From assembly GCA_944322895.1 (NCBI GenBank), contig CALUQL010000001.1:7195-71194 (forward strand): a stretch of DNA of 64,000 bases, given 5' to 3'. A model generated the notes under the pieces. That model worked only from the letters and a program-made list of their open reading frames with translations, was not told the origin of the DNA and ran no database searches. Shown piece after piece: positions 20,752 through 31,099 of the stretch. Both the position numbers and the translations under genes were made by a program. Positions within the stretch are counted from its first letter, which is position 1; every line of letters starts with the position of its first letter. Source of the stretch: Candidatus Gastranaerophilales bacterium (GTDB lineage Bacteria; Cyanobacteriota; Vampirovibrionia; Gastranaerophilales; Gastranaerophilaceae).

Positions 20752-21777
20752 ATGAAGTATAATTGTTGTGAGTTTTTATTACATCAAATAGCATTTTATA
20801 ATGATAAGGTCAGACCTTGCTGTTCTTTTTCCATAGAAAAAAACAATCTTTTCTCCGACATATACGAAGGTGATTTAGGTGGAATAGAAAAATATTTATT
20901 AATAAGAAAAAAATATATAGAAATGTTTAAAAATGGTGAAAAGCCACCTTGTTACAATGGTTGTACTTTATACTCAAATATCACTTCTGATAATGATTCA
21001 TTTAAACTAAATAATCTTATTATTTCACATAGAACATACTGTTCTTTTAGTTGTATATATTGTGAACCATCTACTGGAGATGATAAAAAAAGAAAAGAAA
21101 TTATAAATGCTAAAAAAATATACGATATAAAGCCAATTTTATTAGAACTAAGAAATTGTAATCTTATAGAAAAAGGATGCCGTTTTTTAATTTGTGGTGG
21201 CGAGTGCAGTGAGTATCCCAAAATTGAACTTGCATGGTTATTATACTATTCTATAAGTAATGATTGTTCTCTCTTACTACTTAGTTCAGGCGTTAATTAT
21301 TCTAATGAGATTGCAAGTATATTAAAAATAAATAATTCAGTCCTTAAAATATCAGTTGATGCAGGAACAAAGGATGTCTTTTATAAAATTAAAAGAGTAG
21401 ATGCATACGATAAAGTTTGGAGAAATATAGAAAGATATATTTCTGTAACACAAAAGTATAAAGGCACTAATAGCAGAGTTGAATTAAAATATATAATTAT
21501 TCCAGGCATTAATGATACAATTACAGAGGTTGATGCATTTATAAAAAAATGCAAACAAGCTGAATGTAAGTATGTTCGAATTGATGTTGAACACGCTTGG
21601 ATTGCTCAAAATAAATATAAAAAGGACACTCAAGAATCCGTATCAAAAATTATAAATTATTTCTTTGACAAATTATATAACGATAATGAAATTAAAATTG
21701 ATTTTGAAGGCGTTGAAAAGGATTGGTTGTGGGACTTTGTAAAAAATAAGTATCAAATTGGACAGATTGGAGATTAA
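20752..21777 (+). CDS. Radical SAM enzyme, clade A1
   Basis: Triad CSFSCIYC. N-terminus MKYNCC..PCC..CYNGC. Also CGGECSEYPKIEL, ISVDAGTKDVFYKIKRV and KYIIIPGINDT. Confidence 0.85.
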   Translation: MKYNCCEFLLHQIAFYNDKVRPCCSFSIEKNNLFSDIYEGDLGGIEKYLLIRKKYIEMFKNGEKPPCYNGCTLYSNITSDNDSFKLNNLIISHRTYCSFSCIYCEPSTGDDKKRKEIINAKKIYDIKPILLELRNCNLIEKGCRFLICGGECSEYPKIELAWLLYYSISNDCSLLLLSSGVNYSNEIASILKINNSVLKISVDAGTKDVFYKIKRVDAYDKVWRNIERYISVTQKYKGTNSRVELKYIIIPGINDTITEVDAFIKKCKQAECKYVRIDVEHAWIAQNKYKKDTQESVSKIINYFFDKLYNDNEIKIDFEGVEKDWLWDFVKNKYQIGQIGD

Positions 21778-22742
21778 TGAAATTTAAGTGTTGTGATTAT
21801 CTTTTAAATGAAATAGTGTTTGCACAGTCTTCTGTTATTCCTTGTTGTTGTTCGCCAGTTCATAATTACCAGACACATTTCCTATCTGATTTTAATGGAA
21901 AAGAATTTTCAATTGAAGAATATTTATCTAAACGTGATCATTATATTAACGAATTTAAATCAGGAAAAATTCCTACAAGTTGCACTGGTTGTTACAAAAT
22001 ACAAGAAAAAGAGTGGGATGAGTCATATCTTATAAATAGAATAATAATTACAAATAGAACAAAATGTTCTTGTAATTGTATATATTGTTCTTTAGTTACA
22101 ACAAGCAATCAATCAAAACAGGAGTTAAATACTCGTCAAACATATGATATTGTACCGGTTCTATATGATTTATATAGTAAAAATATTATTCAAGAAGGTT
22201 GTATTATAACTATTGCAGGTGGGGAATGTACTGAATACCCAAAAGGAGAACTAGAATATATATTGTATATGGCAGCATTCCTTAATTGTAAACTTGAAAT
22301 TTTAAGTTCTGGAATGTTTTACTCTAATTCAATTAAAAGAGTTTTAAATGCTAGTTCTTGTGTTTTAAAAATTTCTGTAGATTCAGGACAAAAAAATACT
22401 TTTGAACAAATAAAAAGAGTTAAAGCATATAGACAAACTTGGAAAAATATTAAACAATATATTCAAGATTCATCAAAGAATAATAATTCATTAGTACTAA
22501 TTAAATATATAATTATTCCTGGGATTAATGATAACTTGACAGAAGTAAAGTTCTTTATTGATAAATGCAAAAGAGTTGGATGCAAGAACATAGAACTGGC
22601 TGTTGAATATTTGTGGTTTTATAAAAATAAAAACAATAAACCATCTGATTCAATTAAGGAAACAGTGCTATATATTAAAAAATCAGGACTTTTAATTTCG
22701 TATGAGTCTCAATGTGAAGAATATCTAAATTCCATTTCATAA
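21777..22742 (+). CDS. Radical SAM enzyme, clade A1
   Basis: Triad CSCNCIYC. N-terminus MKFKCC..PCCC..CTGC. Also AGGECTEYPKGEL, ISVDSGQKNTFEQIKRV and KYIIIPGINDN. The start overlaps the preceding stop (TAATG). Confidence 0.85.
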   Translation: MKFKCCDYLLNEIVFAQSSVIPCCCSPVHNYQTHFLSDFNGKEFSIEEYLSKRDHYINEFKSGKIPTSCTGCYKIQEKEWDESYLINRIIITNRTKCSCNCIYCSLVTTSNQSKQELNTRQTYDIVPVLYDLYSKNIIQEGCIITIAGGECTEYPKGELEYILYMAAFLNCKLEILSSGMFYSNSIKRVLNASSCVLKISVDSGQKNTFEQIKRVKAYRQTWKNIKQYIQDSSKNNNSLVLIKYIIIPGINDNLTEVKFFIDKCKRVGCKNIELAVEYLWFYKNKNNKPSDSIKETVLYIKKSGLLISYESQCEEYLNSIS

Positions 22743-22749
22743 AAGAGAA

Positions 22750-23046
22750 TTACTTTAACAAATTAACTAATTCATTCTTTAAAAAAATAGCTTTTTCTAT
22801 ATTTGGATTTATTTCAAGTGCTTTGTTTACATCATTAAGAGCTTCTTTATATTTTCTTAGTTCTTTATAAGCTATTGCTCTGGAGATATAATACATATCA
22901 TTGCTTCCATCTATATTTATAGCAATGTCAAAAAGTTTAATTGACTTTTTATAGTTTCCCAACTTCCTTTCTACTTCGCCATCCAACGCGTAGTATATAG
23001 AGTCTTTATTTTTATTGTTTAAAATTTTTTTAAAAAAGGTAAACAT
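22750..23046 (-). CDS. Small TPR-repeat protein (paralogue of 18169-18471)
   Basis: 98 aa with DGEVERKLGNYKKSIKLFDIAINIDGSND and MYYISRAIAYKELRKYKEALNDVNKALEINPN. It has the same size and placement as the other copy. Confidence 0.55.
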   Translation of the reverse strand: MFTFFKKILNNKNKDSIYYALDGEVERKLGNYKKSIKLFDIAINIDGSNDMYYISRAIAYKELRKYKEALNDVNKALEINPNIEKAIFLKNELVNLLK

Positions 23047-23217
23047 AGATAGATTTTACAATATTTTTTTTTGTTTTTCAAATGTTTATATATTGGATTA
23101 CGTATTATTTAAGATTTGAATTTTGTTTAGTTGTTTGCAATAATAAATATGATTATATTAATATATATAAACCTTATTTTACAAAATTAAAACAATAGAA
23201 AATTGAATAACTAACAA

Positions 23218-24243
23218 ATGTTTGAACTTTTCAGAAAAAGACAAAATTTTAAAAAAAGTATAAATTGCCAATTAGGATATAAACAGCTGTTCTTTTTTGG
23301 AAGAAATGTAGCTTTTTGTTCCAATGGAAATCCTTCACAACAAAGGAAATATCCTATAATTTACAAGAACTTTGATGGAAATATTGATATAAAAGATTTA
23401 TTAAAAAAAATGGATTCTATATGGAAAAAATCTACAAAGGGAATATTCCCAGATGAATGCATTGGTTGCCATCTAATAAAAGAATCTAATTTTTATACTT
23501 CTTCTAAAATAGATTTTATTCAATTCTCGGATTATTGCTTGTGCAATTCCAAGTGTATATATTGTAATTCTTGGCGAACTTCTGTTGTTCAGGAAGATGG
23601 AACTGTCTTGTCTACATATGGAGTTGCAGATTCATATAATATTATCCCTATAATAAAAATGTTCATTAAGAAAAAATTAATAACGAGTGATACAGCTATA
23701 GGTTTTGCAGGTGGAGAGCCAACTGTATATCAATATTTTGAAGAAGCATTACAATTGCTATTAGATTTTGGCACTAAAAATATAAAAATTTATTCTAATC
23801 TTATTAAATTTTCTAATCAAATATCCAGAGGCTTGAAATCAGGTGTTATTGAATTGACTGTATCTATTGATGCAGGCACAAAAGAAATTCATAGACAAAT
23901 TAAGGGAGTAGATAGTTACGACATTGTATATAAAAACTTAAAAAATTATATAGATATTGCTGAAAATAAATTACAAATTGTATCTAAATATGTAATAGTC
24001 CCAGGAATAAATGATACTGAAGAAGAAATTGAAAAATGGATATTAAAGTCAAAAGAAATTGGTCTAAAAAAGTTAGAAATAAATTTAGATGATAGAGTAA
24101 TTGAAAACGGATATACAAAAGAATTAATGAATAAAATAAATAAACTAAATGAATTTTTTATTAACAAATCAAAAGAAAATAGCCTGAAATATGATTTATG
24201 TGCGAATTGTATGTTTGCAACAAGCTATTCTAATAATAATTAA
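23218..24243 (+). CDS. Radical SAM enzyme, clade A2
   Basis: Triad CNSKCIYC. Also FAGGEPTVYQY, VSIDAGTKEIHRQIKGV and KYVIVPGINDTEEE. N-terminal Cys residues NC..FC..CIGC. Confidence 0.85.
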   Translation: MFELFRKRQNFKKSINCQLGYKQLFFFGRNVAFCSNGNPSQQRKYPIIYKNFDGNIDIKDLLKKMDSIWKKSTKGIFPDECIGCHLIKESNFYTSSKIDFIQFSDYCLCNSKCIYCNSWRTSVVQEDGTVLSTYGVADSYNIIPIIKMFIKKKLITSDTAIGFAGGEPTVYQYFEEALQLLLDFGTKNIKIYSNLIKFSNQISRGLKSGVIELTVSIDAGTKEIHRQIKGVDSYDIVYKNLKNYIDIAENKLQIVSKYVIVPGINDTEEEIEKWILKSKEIGLKKLEINLDDRVIENGYTKELMNKINKLNEFFINKSKENSLKYDLCANCMFATSYSNNN

Positions 24244-24261
24244 AGTATTCATATTTAACTA

Positions 24262-25245
24262 TTATCTTAGAAAATTATTAATTGTTTTATAACTTTTGAA
24301 TTTCTCAGCTATTTTAAAATAAAGAGGTAATTTTATATTATATTCTTTTGCAAGTTCTTCTACTATAAAAAACAAAAAATCTATTTCAGAATTTTGCCCG
24401 ATTTTTATATCGTTTAATATAGATGAATATACATTTGCATCATCTCTTTCTTTATACTTTTCAAAATTTGAATAATATTCGTTTAGGAAATCTTCACTAA
24501 TTTCTATATTCATAGCTTTTGCTAATATTAATAGTTCTTCGCATAACTTTTTGAATGTTTCTTCTTTTTCATCTCTGAAGTCATGCGCACAAATATTATA
24601 GTAAATACAAGTGGCCTCAAAAGGAGAACGAGTAATAAGTCGTTCAAAAGCGATTTTTGAGAACTGTTTCTCGCTCATAAGGGTTGTATTCATACCAGCT
24701 TGTGTAAAGTCTTCTTTTATTTGTTCTAGAATATTTTTATCTATTTGATTATATTTATCCGAAAAATTAAATTCGCAATATTCTCTTTGCTGTAAATATT
24801 CAACATTGTTTCTATCGTACCACCTACATTTTCCTACAAAGTTTGAATCCAAAATTAAATTTTTAGGAAACTTTTTATGAAGAGCATATCCTATCCCAAA
24901 TCCATTGGCTATTGAGGTTATTATTGTATTTTTGTGTGAAGCTTTATTTATAATTGCCTGTGTTGAGAGAATATCAGGGGTTCTTACACAAAGTATTATA
25001 ACATCTGCTTTTTCGTTATATTCTTTTTCAGTCCTTATTTTTATGTTGTATGTTTTTTCTCCTTTGACAGTAGAAATAAGCTTTACACCTTTTCTTTTTC
25101 TTGCATATTCTATAATGTCTTGATATTTAGATATTAAAGTTACGTCTTTCTTTGCCGAATTTAAAAAGCATGCAAATGTTGCACCCGTAGAACCTGCACC
25201 TATAATTAAATATTTTAATTTCTTTTTTTTAGAAAAGAAAAACAT
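24262..25245 (-). CDS. Ketopantoate-reductase (ApbA/PanE) family NAD(P)-dependent oxidoreductase
   Basis: N-terminal Rossmann motif KYLIIGAGSTGATFACFL. The segment ADVIILCVRTPD..TIITSIANGFG has spacing typical of the ApbA/PanE family. Confidence 0.5.
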   Translation of the reverse strand: MFFFSKKKKLKYLIIGAGSTGATFACFLNSAKKDVTLISKYQDIIEYARKRKGVKLISTVKGEKTYNIKIRTEKEYNEKADVIILCVRTPDILSTQAIINKASHKNTIITSIANGFGIGYALHKKFPKNLILDSNFVGKCRWYDRNNVEYLQQREYCEFNFSDKYNQIDKNILEQIKEDFTQAGMNTTLMSEKQFSKIAFERLITRSPFEATCIYYNICAHDFRDEKEETFKKLCEELLILAKAMNIEISEDFLNEYYSNFEKYKERDDANVYSSILNDIKIGQNSEIDFLFFIVEELAKEYNIKLPLYFKIAEKFKSYKTINNFLR

Positions 25246-25248
25246 AGC

Positions 25249-26235
25249 CTAATATATCCCTTCATTCATTATTGCAAGAGATGTTTCATTCTTTTTCAGA
25301 TTTAGACCAAGTAGTTTACACTTTTCCTCTGTATAAGAAAATAATTCATAATTATAATTTTCGACTTTTTTACCTTTTTTGGTATGAATTCCCCAACAAA
25401 ACTCCATACTTATTTCAACTTGTTTTATACCGATATTTACTGAATCATTGAGCCATTTATCAATTTCTTCTTTATTGTTATTAAACCCCTCTAATATTAT
25501 ATACTTAGAAATAACCCTTGATATATTATTTTGATTGTTCTTACATTTACCTGCAGCAATGACATATTTTTTTAAATTATTTAGAACTTGCTTGTATTTA
25601 TCTCTCTTTTTTATTTTCTTGTATGTTTCAGGACAGCCACTACATATTGCAATAGACAATCCTGCTTTTCCATTCCTTAAAGCTTTTGCCAATTCGTTAG
25701 AAAACCTAATGCCTGAAGTTTCACACCAAATGTTCTCTACATTATTTTTAAGAAATAGATTTATTAGTTTAGGAAATTCTTTTAAAACACCAAGTTCACC
25801 ACCACCAAAATTAACAAATAAATTATTTCTGTCAATTTCATTTAGCTTATATAGCTCTTTTATTGTCTTATATATAACTGGATTGCCTTCCTTAATTTTA
25901 TCAGAGAACTCTCCCTTAGTTTCATCTCTATATGAACAATAATAACATCCACAATTACAATGATACCAGTAATATAGGTCTATACGCTTTATTTTCTCTT
26001 GTTCATCATATTTTCCCACTTTATATATACAATTTTCACAGCCAGCAGGTAAAATACCTTCTTTCAAGTTATCAATTATTTTTTTTCTTGTTGATAATAT
26101 TTTTAATGCTAAATCTTTTGGTTGTTCTTCATAGAAAGAAATAATTTCCCCTAATTGTAATGTGGTACAAAATCTTATATTTTTTTGATGAAAACTAAGC
26201 CCGTGTTTTAGATTATAACAATATTTTTCAGACAT
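25249..26235 (-). CDS. Radical SAM enzyme, clade A3
   Basis: Triad CNCGCYYC. Also FGGGELGVLKEFP and KYIILEGFNNNKEE. N-terminal Cys residues YC..FC..CENC. The gene lies 3 nt upstream of the KPR-family gene. Confidence 0.8.
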   Translation of the reverse strand: MSEKYCYNLKHGLSFHQKNIRFCTTLQLGEIISFYEEQPKDLALKILSTRKKIIDNLKEGILPAGCENCIYKVGKYDEQEKIKRIDLYYWYHCNCGCYYCSYRDETKGEFSDKIKEGNPVIYKTIKELYKLNEIDRNNLFVNFGGGELGVLKEFPKLINLFLKNNVENIWCETSGIRFSNELAKALRNGKAGLSIAICSGCPETYKKIKKRDKYKQVLNNLKKYVIAAGKCKNNQNNISRVISKYIILEGFNNNKEEIDKWLNDSVNIGIKQVEISMEFCWGIHTKKGKKVENYNYELFSYTEEKCKLLGLNLKKNETSLAIMNEGIY

Positions 26236-26340
26236 TTTATTTTCTCTTTTATATAAATTATTTTATAATGATTTTATTTTTCACTTCCTATAATATCATA
26301 AATCTTCTTTTATTCTTGATTTTTTTATTTTTATGTTTTA

Positions 26341-26349
26341 TGTTAGATT
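26341..26349 (+). promoter_or_regulatory. Candidate extended -10 element (TGtTAGATT) upstream of gmd
   Basis: TGn-type motif 21 nt upstream of the ATG. AAGGTGA SD-like sequence at about 26353. Confidence 0.3.
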
Positions 26350-26369
26350 TGTAAGGTGAAAGTATTGGT

Positions 26370-27389
26370 ATGAAAAAAGCTTTAATTACAGGAGTAACGG
26401 GGCAAGACGGAAGCTATCTTTCTGAGTTCTTGTTAGAAAAAGGATATGAAGTATACGGTTTTGTTAGGATGTCTTCACTTGATTCTTTTTCAAGACTAAA
26501 AAATGTTGTTAATAATCCTAACTTCCATATTATCTATGGAGATATAACAGATGAAAGCAGTTTATATAGAGCAGTTCAGTTGTCTACTCCAAATGAAATT
26601 TATAATCTTGCAGCACAATCTCACGTTGGATTGTCTTCCTGTTTTTCTGAATATACAGCAAACGTCAATGCATTAGGTGTTTTAAGATTAATTAATGTTG
26701 TTAATAATTTAAAAATACAAAATAAAGTAAAAATTTATCAAGCCCTTACTTCAGATATTTTTGGAAATATAGAAGATAGCATTTTAAATGAACAATCACA
26801 AATCAAACCAATAAATCCATACGCTTGTGCTAAAGCATATGCGTATATGCTTACAAAAAGTTATAGAGAACAAGGTATGTTTATCGTGAACGGCATCGCC
26901 TTTGCACATGAATCAGAAAGAAGACCTGATAAGTTTGTAACAAGGAAAATTACAAAAGCAGCAGTCCGTATAAAACTCGGGAAACAGGATAAATTATCTC
27001 TTGGGAACCTTGAAGTTCGACGTGATTGGGGACACGCAAAGGATTTTGTTAGAGGAATGTATCTTGCAATGCAACAAGAAAAACCTGATGATTACGTTTT
27101 TGCTACAGGAATTACAACAAGTTTAAAAGAATTTTGCTCAAAAGTATTTGCAAAATTAGATATCAATCTTGAATTTAAAGGTGAAGGAGAAAATGAGAAA
27201 GCGTATGACGCTCAATCAGGGAATTTAATAATTGATATCGATTCACAATTTACACGTAAAAATGAAAAACTGAATCCGCTTGGTGATTACTCAAAAGCAG
27301 AAAGAATTCTAGGATGGAAACCATATTACACTATTGATGACATAATAGAAGAAATGATTAAACGTGATTTAATTGAAGAAACAAAATAA
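26370..27389 (+). CDS. gmd: GDP-mannose 4,6-dehydratase
   Basis: N-terminus KKALITGVTGQDGSYLSEFLLEKGYEVYGFVR, a YxxxK motif (YACAKAYAY) and RRDWGHAKDFV. Length of 339 aa is typical for Gmd. Confidence 0.88.
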   Translation: MKKALITGVTGQDGSYLSEFLLEKGYEVYGFVRMSSLDSFSRLKNVVNNPNFHIIYGDITDESSLYRAVQLSTPNEIYNLAAQSHVGLSSCFSEYTANVNALGVLRLINVVNNLKIQNKVKIYQALTSDIFGNIEDSILNEQSQIKPINPYACAKAYAYMLTKSYREQGMFIVNGIAFAHESERRPDKFVTRKITKAAVRIKLGKQDKLSLGNLEVRRDWGHAKDFVRGMYLAMQQEKPDDYVFATGITTSLKEFCSKVFAKLDINLEFKGEGENEKAYDAQSGNLIIDIDSQFTRKNEKLNPLGDYSKAERILGWKPYYTIDDIIEEMIKRDLIEETK

Positions 27390-27440
27390 ATACAAAATCT
27401 AATATAATTGTGTTTTATATTCGCTTTTCTCTATTAAGTT

Positions 27441-28430
27441 TTATTGTTTTAATGCGTAGTTGTCAACAATATATTGTGTTTTGCTCCACAATCTAAGATT
27501 AAGCCCCTTTTCATTACATAAATTTTTGAAACAAAGATATAATTCACCATAATGTTTTGGCAATGGTTTTTCGTCTAAATTAGTAAACATAACATATTTA
27601 TTGTCTATCATAAATTCAATATTTCTAACTCCAATTAAGGACATTAAGTTTACAAATTTTGTTACTTCTTCAATATTATCGTTAAAATGTTCAATAACAA
27701 TATACTTAACAACAACTCCTTCAGGATGCTTACTTTTAACGTACTTTTTCAAATTTTCTACAGAATCCTTAAATTTATCAACTCTTTTCAGTTTGTAATA
27801 AATTTCGGGGGTAGCACAATCTAAAGCAGTGGTATATGTACATATATTTCCATCTAACAATTTTTTTATAATTGGCTGATATTTAATATTATTTGATAAA
27901 ATGTAAAAACTTCCGACTCCTTGTTTTAAAAACTCTTTTACAATTGGTTCAAATTCTTTAAGAACAGATATATCCCCACCTTGAATACTAGCCATCAAAT
28001 TTTTTCTATCAAGTAATTCATTTTTATACAATTGTTTTAACAGAGGTAAAAAGTCATAATATTCACTTTTTTCAGGTTTATATGTAATTTTACCTTTTGA
28101 ATCAAGCATTCTTGCACAATATATACATCCGCAATTGCATTGTGTCCAATGGCTTATATTCAAAGTAGAAAAAGTAGAGGAAATTTTATCTTCCTGAGTT
28201 CTTTCTCGAAGAAAGAAACAACCTTTACAAGGCGATTTTTCTATATTTTCTTCTGTTAAAAGTTCAAATGCATCATTTTTTACTTTCTTAAATTCGTCCC
28301 AGTCTATTTTTTGTCCTCTATATGCTTCATAATATACAGGTCCAATCTGACCTGAACAGCAAGACATTATACGATCATGAAAACAAGATAAAACATTATT
28401 TAATTCATCACAAAAATATTTCTTACCCAT
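27441..28430 (-). CDS. Radical SAM enzyme, clade A3
   Basis: Triad CNCGCIYC. N-terminus YFCDELNNVL..SCC..GPVY..CKGC. Also IQGGDISVLKEFE, LDCATPEIYYKLKRV and KYIVIEHFNDNIEE. Confidence 0.85.
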   Translation of the reverse strand: MGKKYFCDELNNVLSCFHDRIMSCCSGQIGPVYYEAYRGQKIDWDEFKKVKNDAFELLTEENIEKSPCKGCFFLRERTQEDKISSTFSTLNISHWTQCNCGCIYCARMLDSKGKITYKPEKSEYYDFLPLLKQLYKNELLDRKNLMASIQGGDISVLKEFEPIVKEFLKQGVGSFYILSNNIKYQPIIKKLLDGNICTYTTALDCATPEIYYKLKRVDKFKDSVENLKKYVKSKHPEGVVVKYIVIEHFNDNIEEVTKFVNLMSLIGVRNIEFMIDNKYVMFTNLDEKPLPKHYGELYLCFKNLCNEKGLNLRLWSKTQYIVDNYALKQ

Positions 28431-28438
28431 TATATAAC

Positions 28439-29440
28439 CTATAAATTCAAGACTAATGCCCGATCATAAAATTCAAATGCAATATTATCTTTTTCACATC
28501 TGTTTCTTATATATTTTAATAATTCTTTCACGTACTCAGGTACTTTACCTGATTGTCTTACAAACCATTTTTCTTCAATATCAGCGATTAAATATTTAAC
28601 ACCAAGTTCTTTAGTGCATAAATTATACCACTTATCAATTTCTTCTTTTGTATCATTTACATTTGGAATAATAATATATTTCACACCTAATGCATTTGGC
28701 CTTGATTCAATTGCTGCTTTTGCATATTCCTTTATTGTTTTACAGGTATCCTTAAATTTATCAACCTTTTTGACTTTTTTAAAGACTTCTCTTGAACCAG
28801 CATCTAAGGAAATAACTATTCTAATATCAATATTTTCATTTTTTAAAACTTTAAGAACCATTTTGCTAGTCTTAATACCATTAGTATATAAGGCAAAATG
28901 TCTATTCCCGTATCTAGCAAATAAATTTATAATATCATCAAATTTTTTGAGAATGGTAGGTTCACCCATCGCAAAAGAGACATGGGCATTAGGTTCTTTT
29001 TTTAAATTATATATTTTTTTGTCTAAAAGTTCTTTAAAAAGAGGAAATATATCATAACCTTTTATTGTTCTGTGCTCTAAAATTTCTTGATATGAAAAAC
29101 AATATATACAATTTGCATTACATTCATTAGAATGCCCTATCCATATCATATCTATATAATTATCAAAATCAGATTGAAATTGTTCGGGAGAATTTTCATC
29201 AAACTCCTCTATCCAATGACAACCTCTACAAAACGGTGGTATATCACCATTTCTCATATCTTTAACAAGTTTATTTTTTATTTCAAAAACCTTGTTCCAA
29301 TCAACCTTATCTTTTGGACCATTATATGGAATTATATAGTTATTATTTCTTTCATTTGGAGAATGTATAGAAAGATGACAATGTCTAAAACAATCGTAAT
29401 GAATGTAAAGCCCATGAGCCAAATATCTGCATCTATACAT
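28439..29440 (-). CDS. Radical SAM enzyme, clade A2
   Basis: Triad CNANCIYC. Also FAMGEPTILKK, ISLDAGSREVFKKVKKV and KYIIIPNVNDTKEE. N-terminal Cys residues C..C..C..CRGC. Confidence 0.85.
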   Translation of the reverse strand: MYRCRYLAHGLYIHYDCFRHCHLSIHSPNERNNNYIIPYNGPKDKVDWNKVFEIKNKLVKDMRNGDIPPFCRGCHWIEEFDENSPEQFQSDFDNYIDMIWIGHSNECNANCIYCFSYQEILEHRTIKGYDIFPLFKELLDKKIYNLKKEPNAHVSFAMGEPTILKKFDDIINLFARYGNRHFALYTNGIKTSKMVLKVLKNENIDIRIVISLDAGSREVFKKVKKVDKFKDTCKTIKEYAKAAIESRPNALGVKYIIIPNVNDTKEEIDKWYNLCTKELGVKYLIADIEEKWFVRQSGKVPEYVKELLKYIRNRCEKDNIAFEFYDRALVLNL

Positions 29441-29513
29441 TTTTATACACCTCTGTATTTTATCTCGCAGATATTATATCATAATTGTATATTATATTGG
29501 TATTGAGTTAAAT

Positions 29514-31079
29514 ATGAATAGCATTTTAGCAAATAAGAGATTATTATTTTTATTGAATTTTATAACAATTTCTGTGATGTTTTTATTTTTAATGTCCCGT
29601 TTAAAATATGCAGTTGTTGTTAATGATGACATGAATGATATAATTACTCAAAAATTTTATATTCCTCATTCACGTTTTATTACAGGTTGTATATCTCAGT
29701 TATTTGTAAAAATAATACCAATACTTTTTGGTATTAATTTTCAGAATTTTGCTATTATTTCTGAGGGAATATTAAAAACTTTATTTTTTATTTCTTTGGT
29801 TTATATTAGTAATCTTAATAAGTATTTCCAAAATAAAATTCTTGGGCTTTGTGTAAATATTTTTAATTGGTTTGTTATATTTTCGATATTATTTAAATGT
29901 GATTTTGTATGGTGTTTTGATACTTTAGAATGGTTTTTTGGATATATTGTACCTGTTGTCTTTTACTTTTTGTTTTGGTATAAGTTTAAGGTCTTTTATT
30001 TAGCAGAAACTCCATATAATTTTCAAAAAAAAGATTACTTTATTCTTTTTATATTGTCAGCGTTAATCGTAACTGCAAATGAAGAAGTTAATTTTGCTTT
30101 TTTTATTTTATTAATAATAGTTATATTTGAAAATCTTTTTTTATTTTTTAAATATAAAAAAATAAACGCAGCAGTTAAACCCGCATTTGTTTCAATATCT
30201 TTTATGTCTGTTTTTATGTTCTTTGTTTATTCTTCATATGGTATTTATCATTTATGGAATGGTTATAATCTATCACTTGGTTTAAACATAACAAAAAATA
30301 CATTTTTTGAATTTATTTCTCTTTTTGCTAAATATATTATTTATGACAATATTGTTTTTATTTTAATGTTTGTTTTATCTATTATAATCATATTAAACTC
30401 AAAAGAAAATAAAATAAAAAACCATAAAGTAGTCAAATATGCTCTATATTCTGTAATAGGATTTATTATTTTCCTTTTTGCAACAATATTGTTACCGCAA
30501 AATTGTTATGTTTCAGTTAATCCCAATTATAAATTTTGGTTTCTGCATAATGGTTTATTATCAACATTTGATATTTGTTTATATTTTATAACTTTGTATT
30601 TAGTTGCTCATATTTTATCAATGAAAATAAATAATAAGATTTGTTATGGCTTTTTATGTATTTTTATAATTTGTTCTTTAATGCATATAAATGGCAATTT
30701 TGGAAGAATACTTTGTATGCATTCTTATAAGGCAACAAAGACATTAATGTATATTGTGGATAAAATTTCATTATTTTATATTAAAAAAGGTCAGGATATT
30801 ATATTACCAAAGTCTTTGCCGTTTTATATAATTCCGGATATTTTTCCCCGTATACTTGCAGAAAATCGTGACTTGAATACATTATTTTATGAAAAGGATA
30901 GAGCTAGGTATTTGATATATGTAGAACATAATTATAAAGTTAATGTTATGAGTAAGGTTACTTTTTTGCCATATAAAGAAGCAATGCAAAAATATAAAGA
31001 ACTGGGTGGTAACTTTTCTGAAGAAGAATTGGAGAAACTTGATTTTTCAAAAATTAAAGAAAGTTTGAATGAAAATTAA
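29514..31079 (+). CDS. Large polytopic membrane protein (possible GT-C-type glycosyltransferase or polymerase)
   Basis: 521 aa with hydrophobic segments nearly throughout and an acidic loop right after TM1 (VVNDDMNDII). The soluble C-terminal tail is about 100 aa. The function is not established. Confidence 0.5.
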   Translation: MNSILANKRLLFLLNFITISVMFLFLMSRLKYAVVVNDDMNDIITQKFYIPHSRFITGCISQLFVKIIPILFGINFQNFAIISEGILKTLFFISLVYISNLNKYFQNKILGLCVNIFNWFVIFSILFKCDFVWCFDTLEWFFGYIVPVVFYFLFWYKFKVFYLAETPYNFQKKDYFILFILSALIVTANEEVNFAFFILLIIVIFENLFLFFKYKKINAAVKPAFVSISFMSVFMFFVYSSYGIYHLWNGYNLSLGLNITKNTFFEFISLFAKYIIYDNIVFILMFVLSIIIILNSKENKIKNHKVVKYALYSVIGFIIFLFATILLPQNCYVSVNPNYKFWFLHNGLLSTFDICLYFITLYLVAHILSMKINNKICYGFLCIFIICSLMHINGNFGRILCMHSYKATKTLMYIVDKISLFYIKKGQDIILPKSLPFYIIPDIFPRILAENRDLNTLFYEKDRARYLIYVEHNYKVNVMSKVTFLPYKEAMQKYKELGGNFSEEELEKLDFSKIKESLNEN

Positions 31080-31099
31080 ATGAGTGATAACATCTTTAT

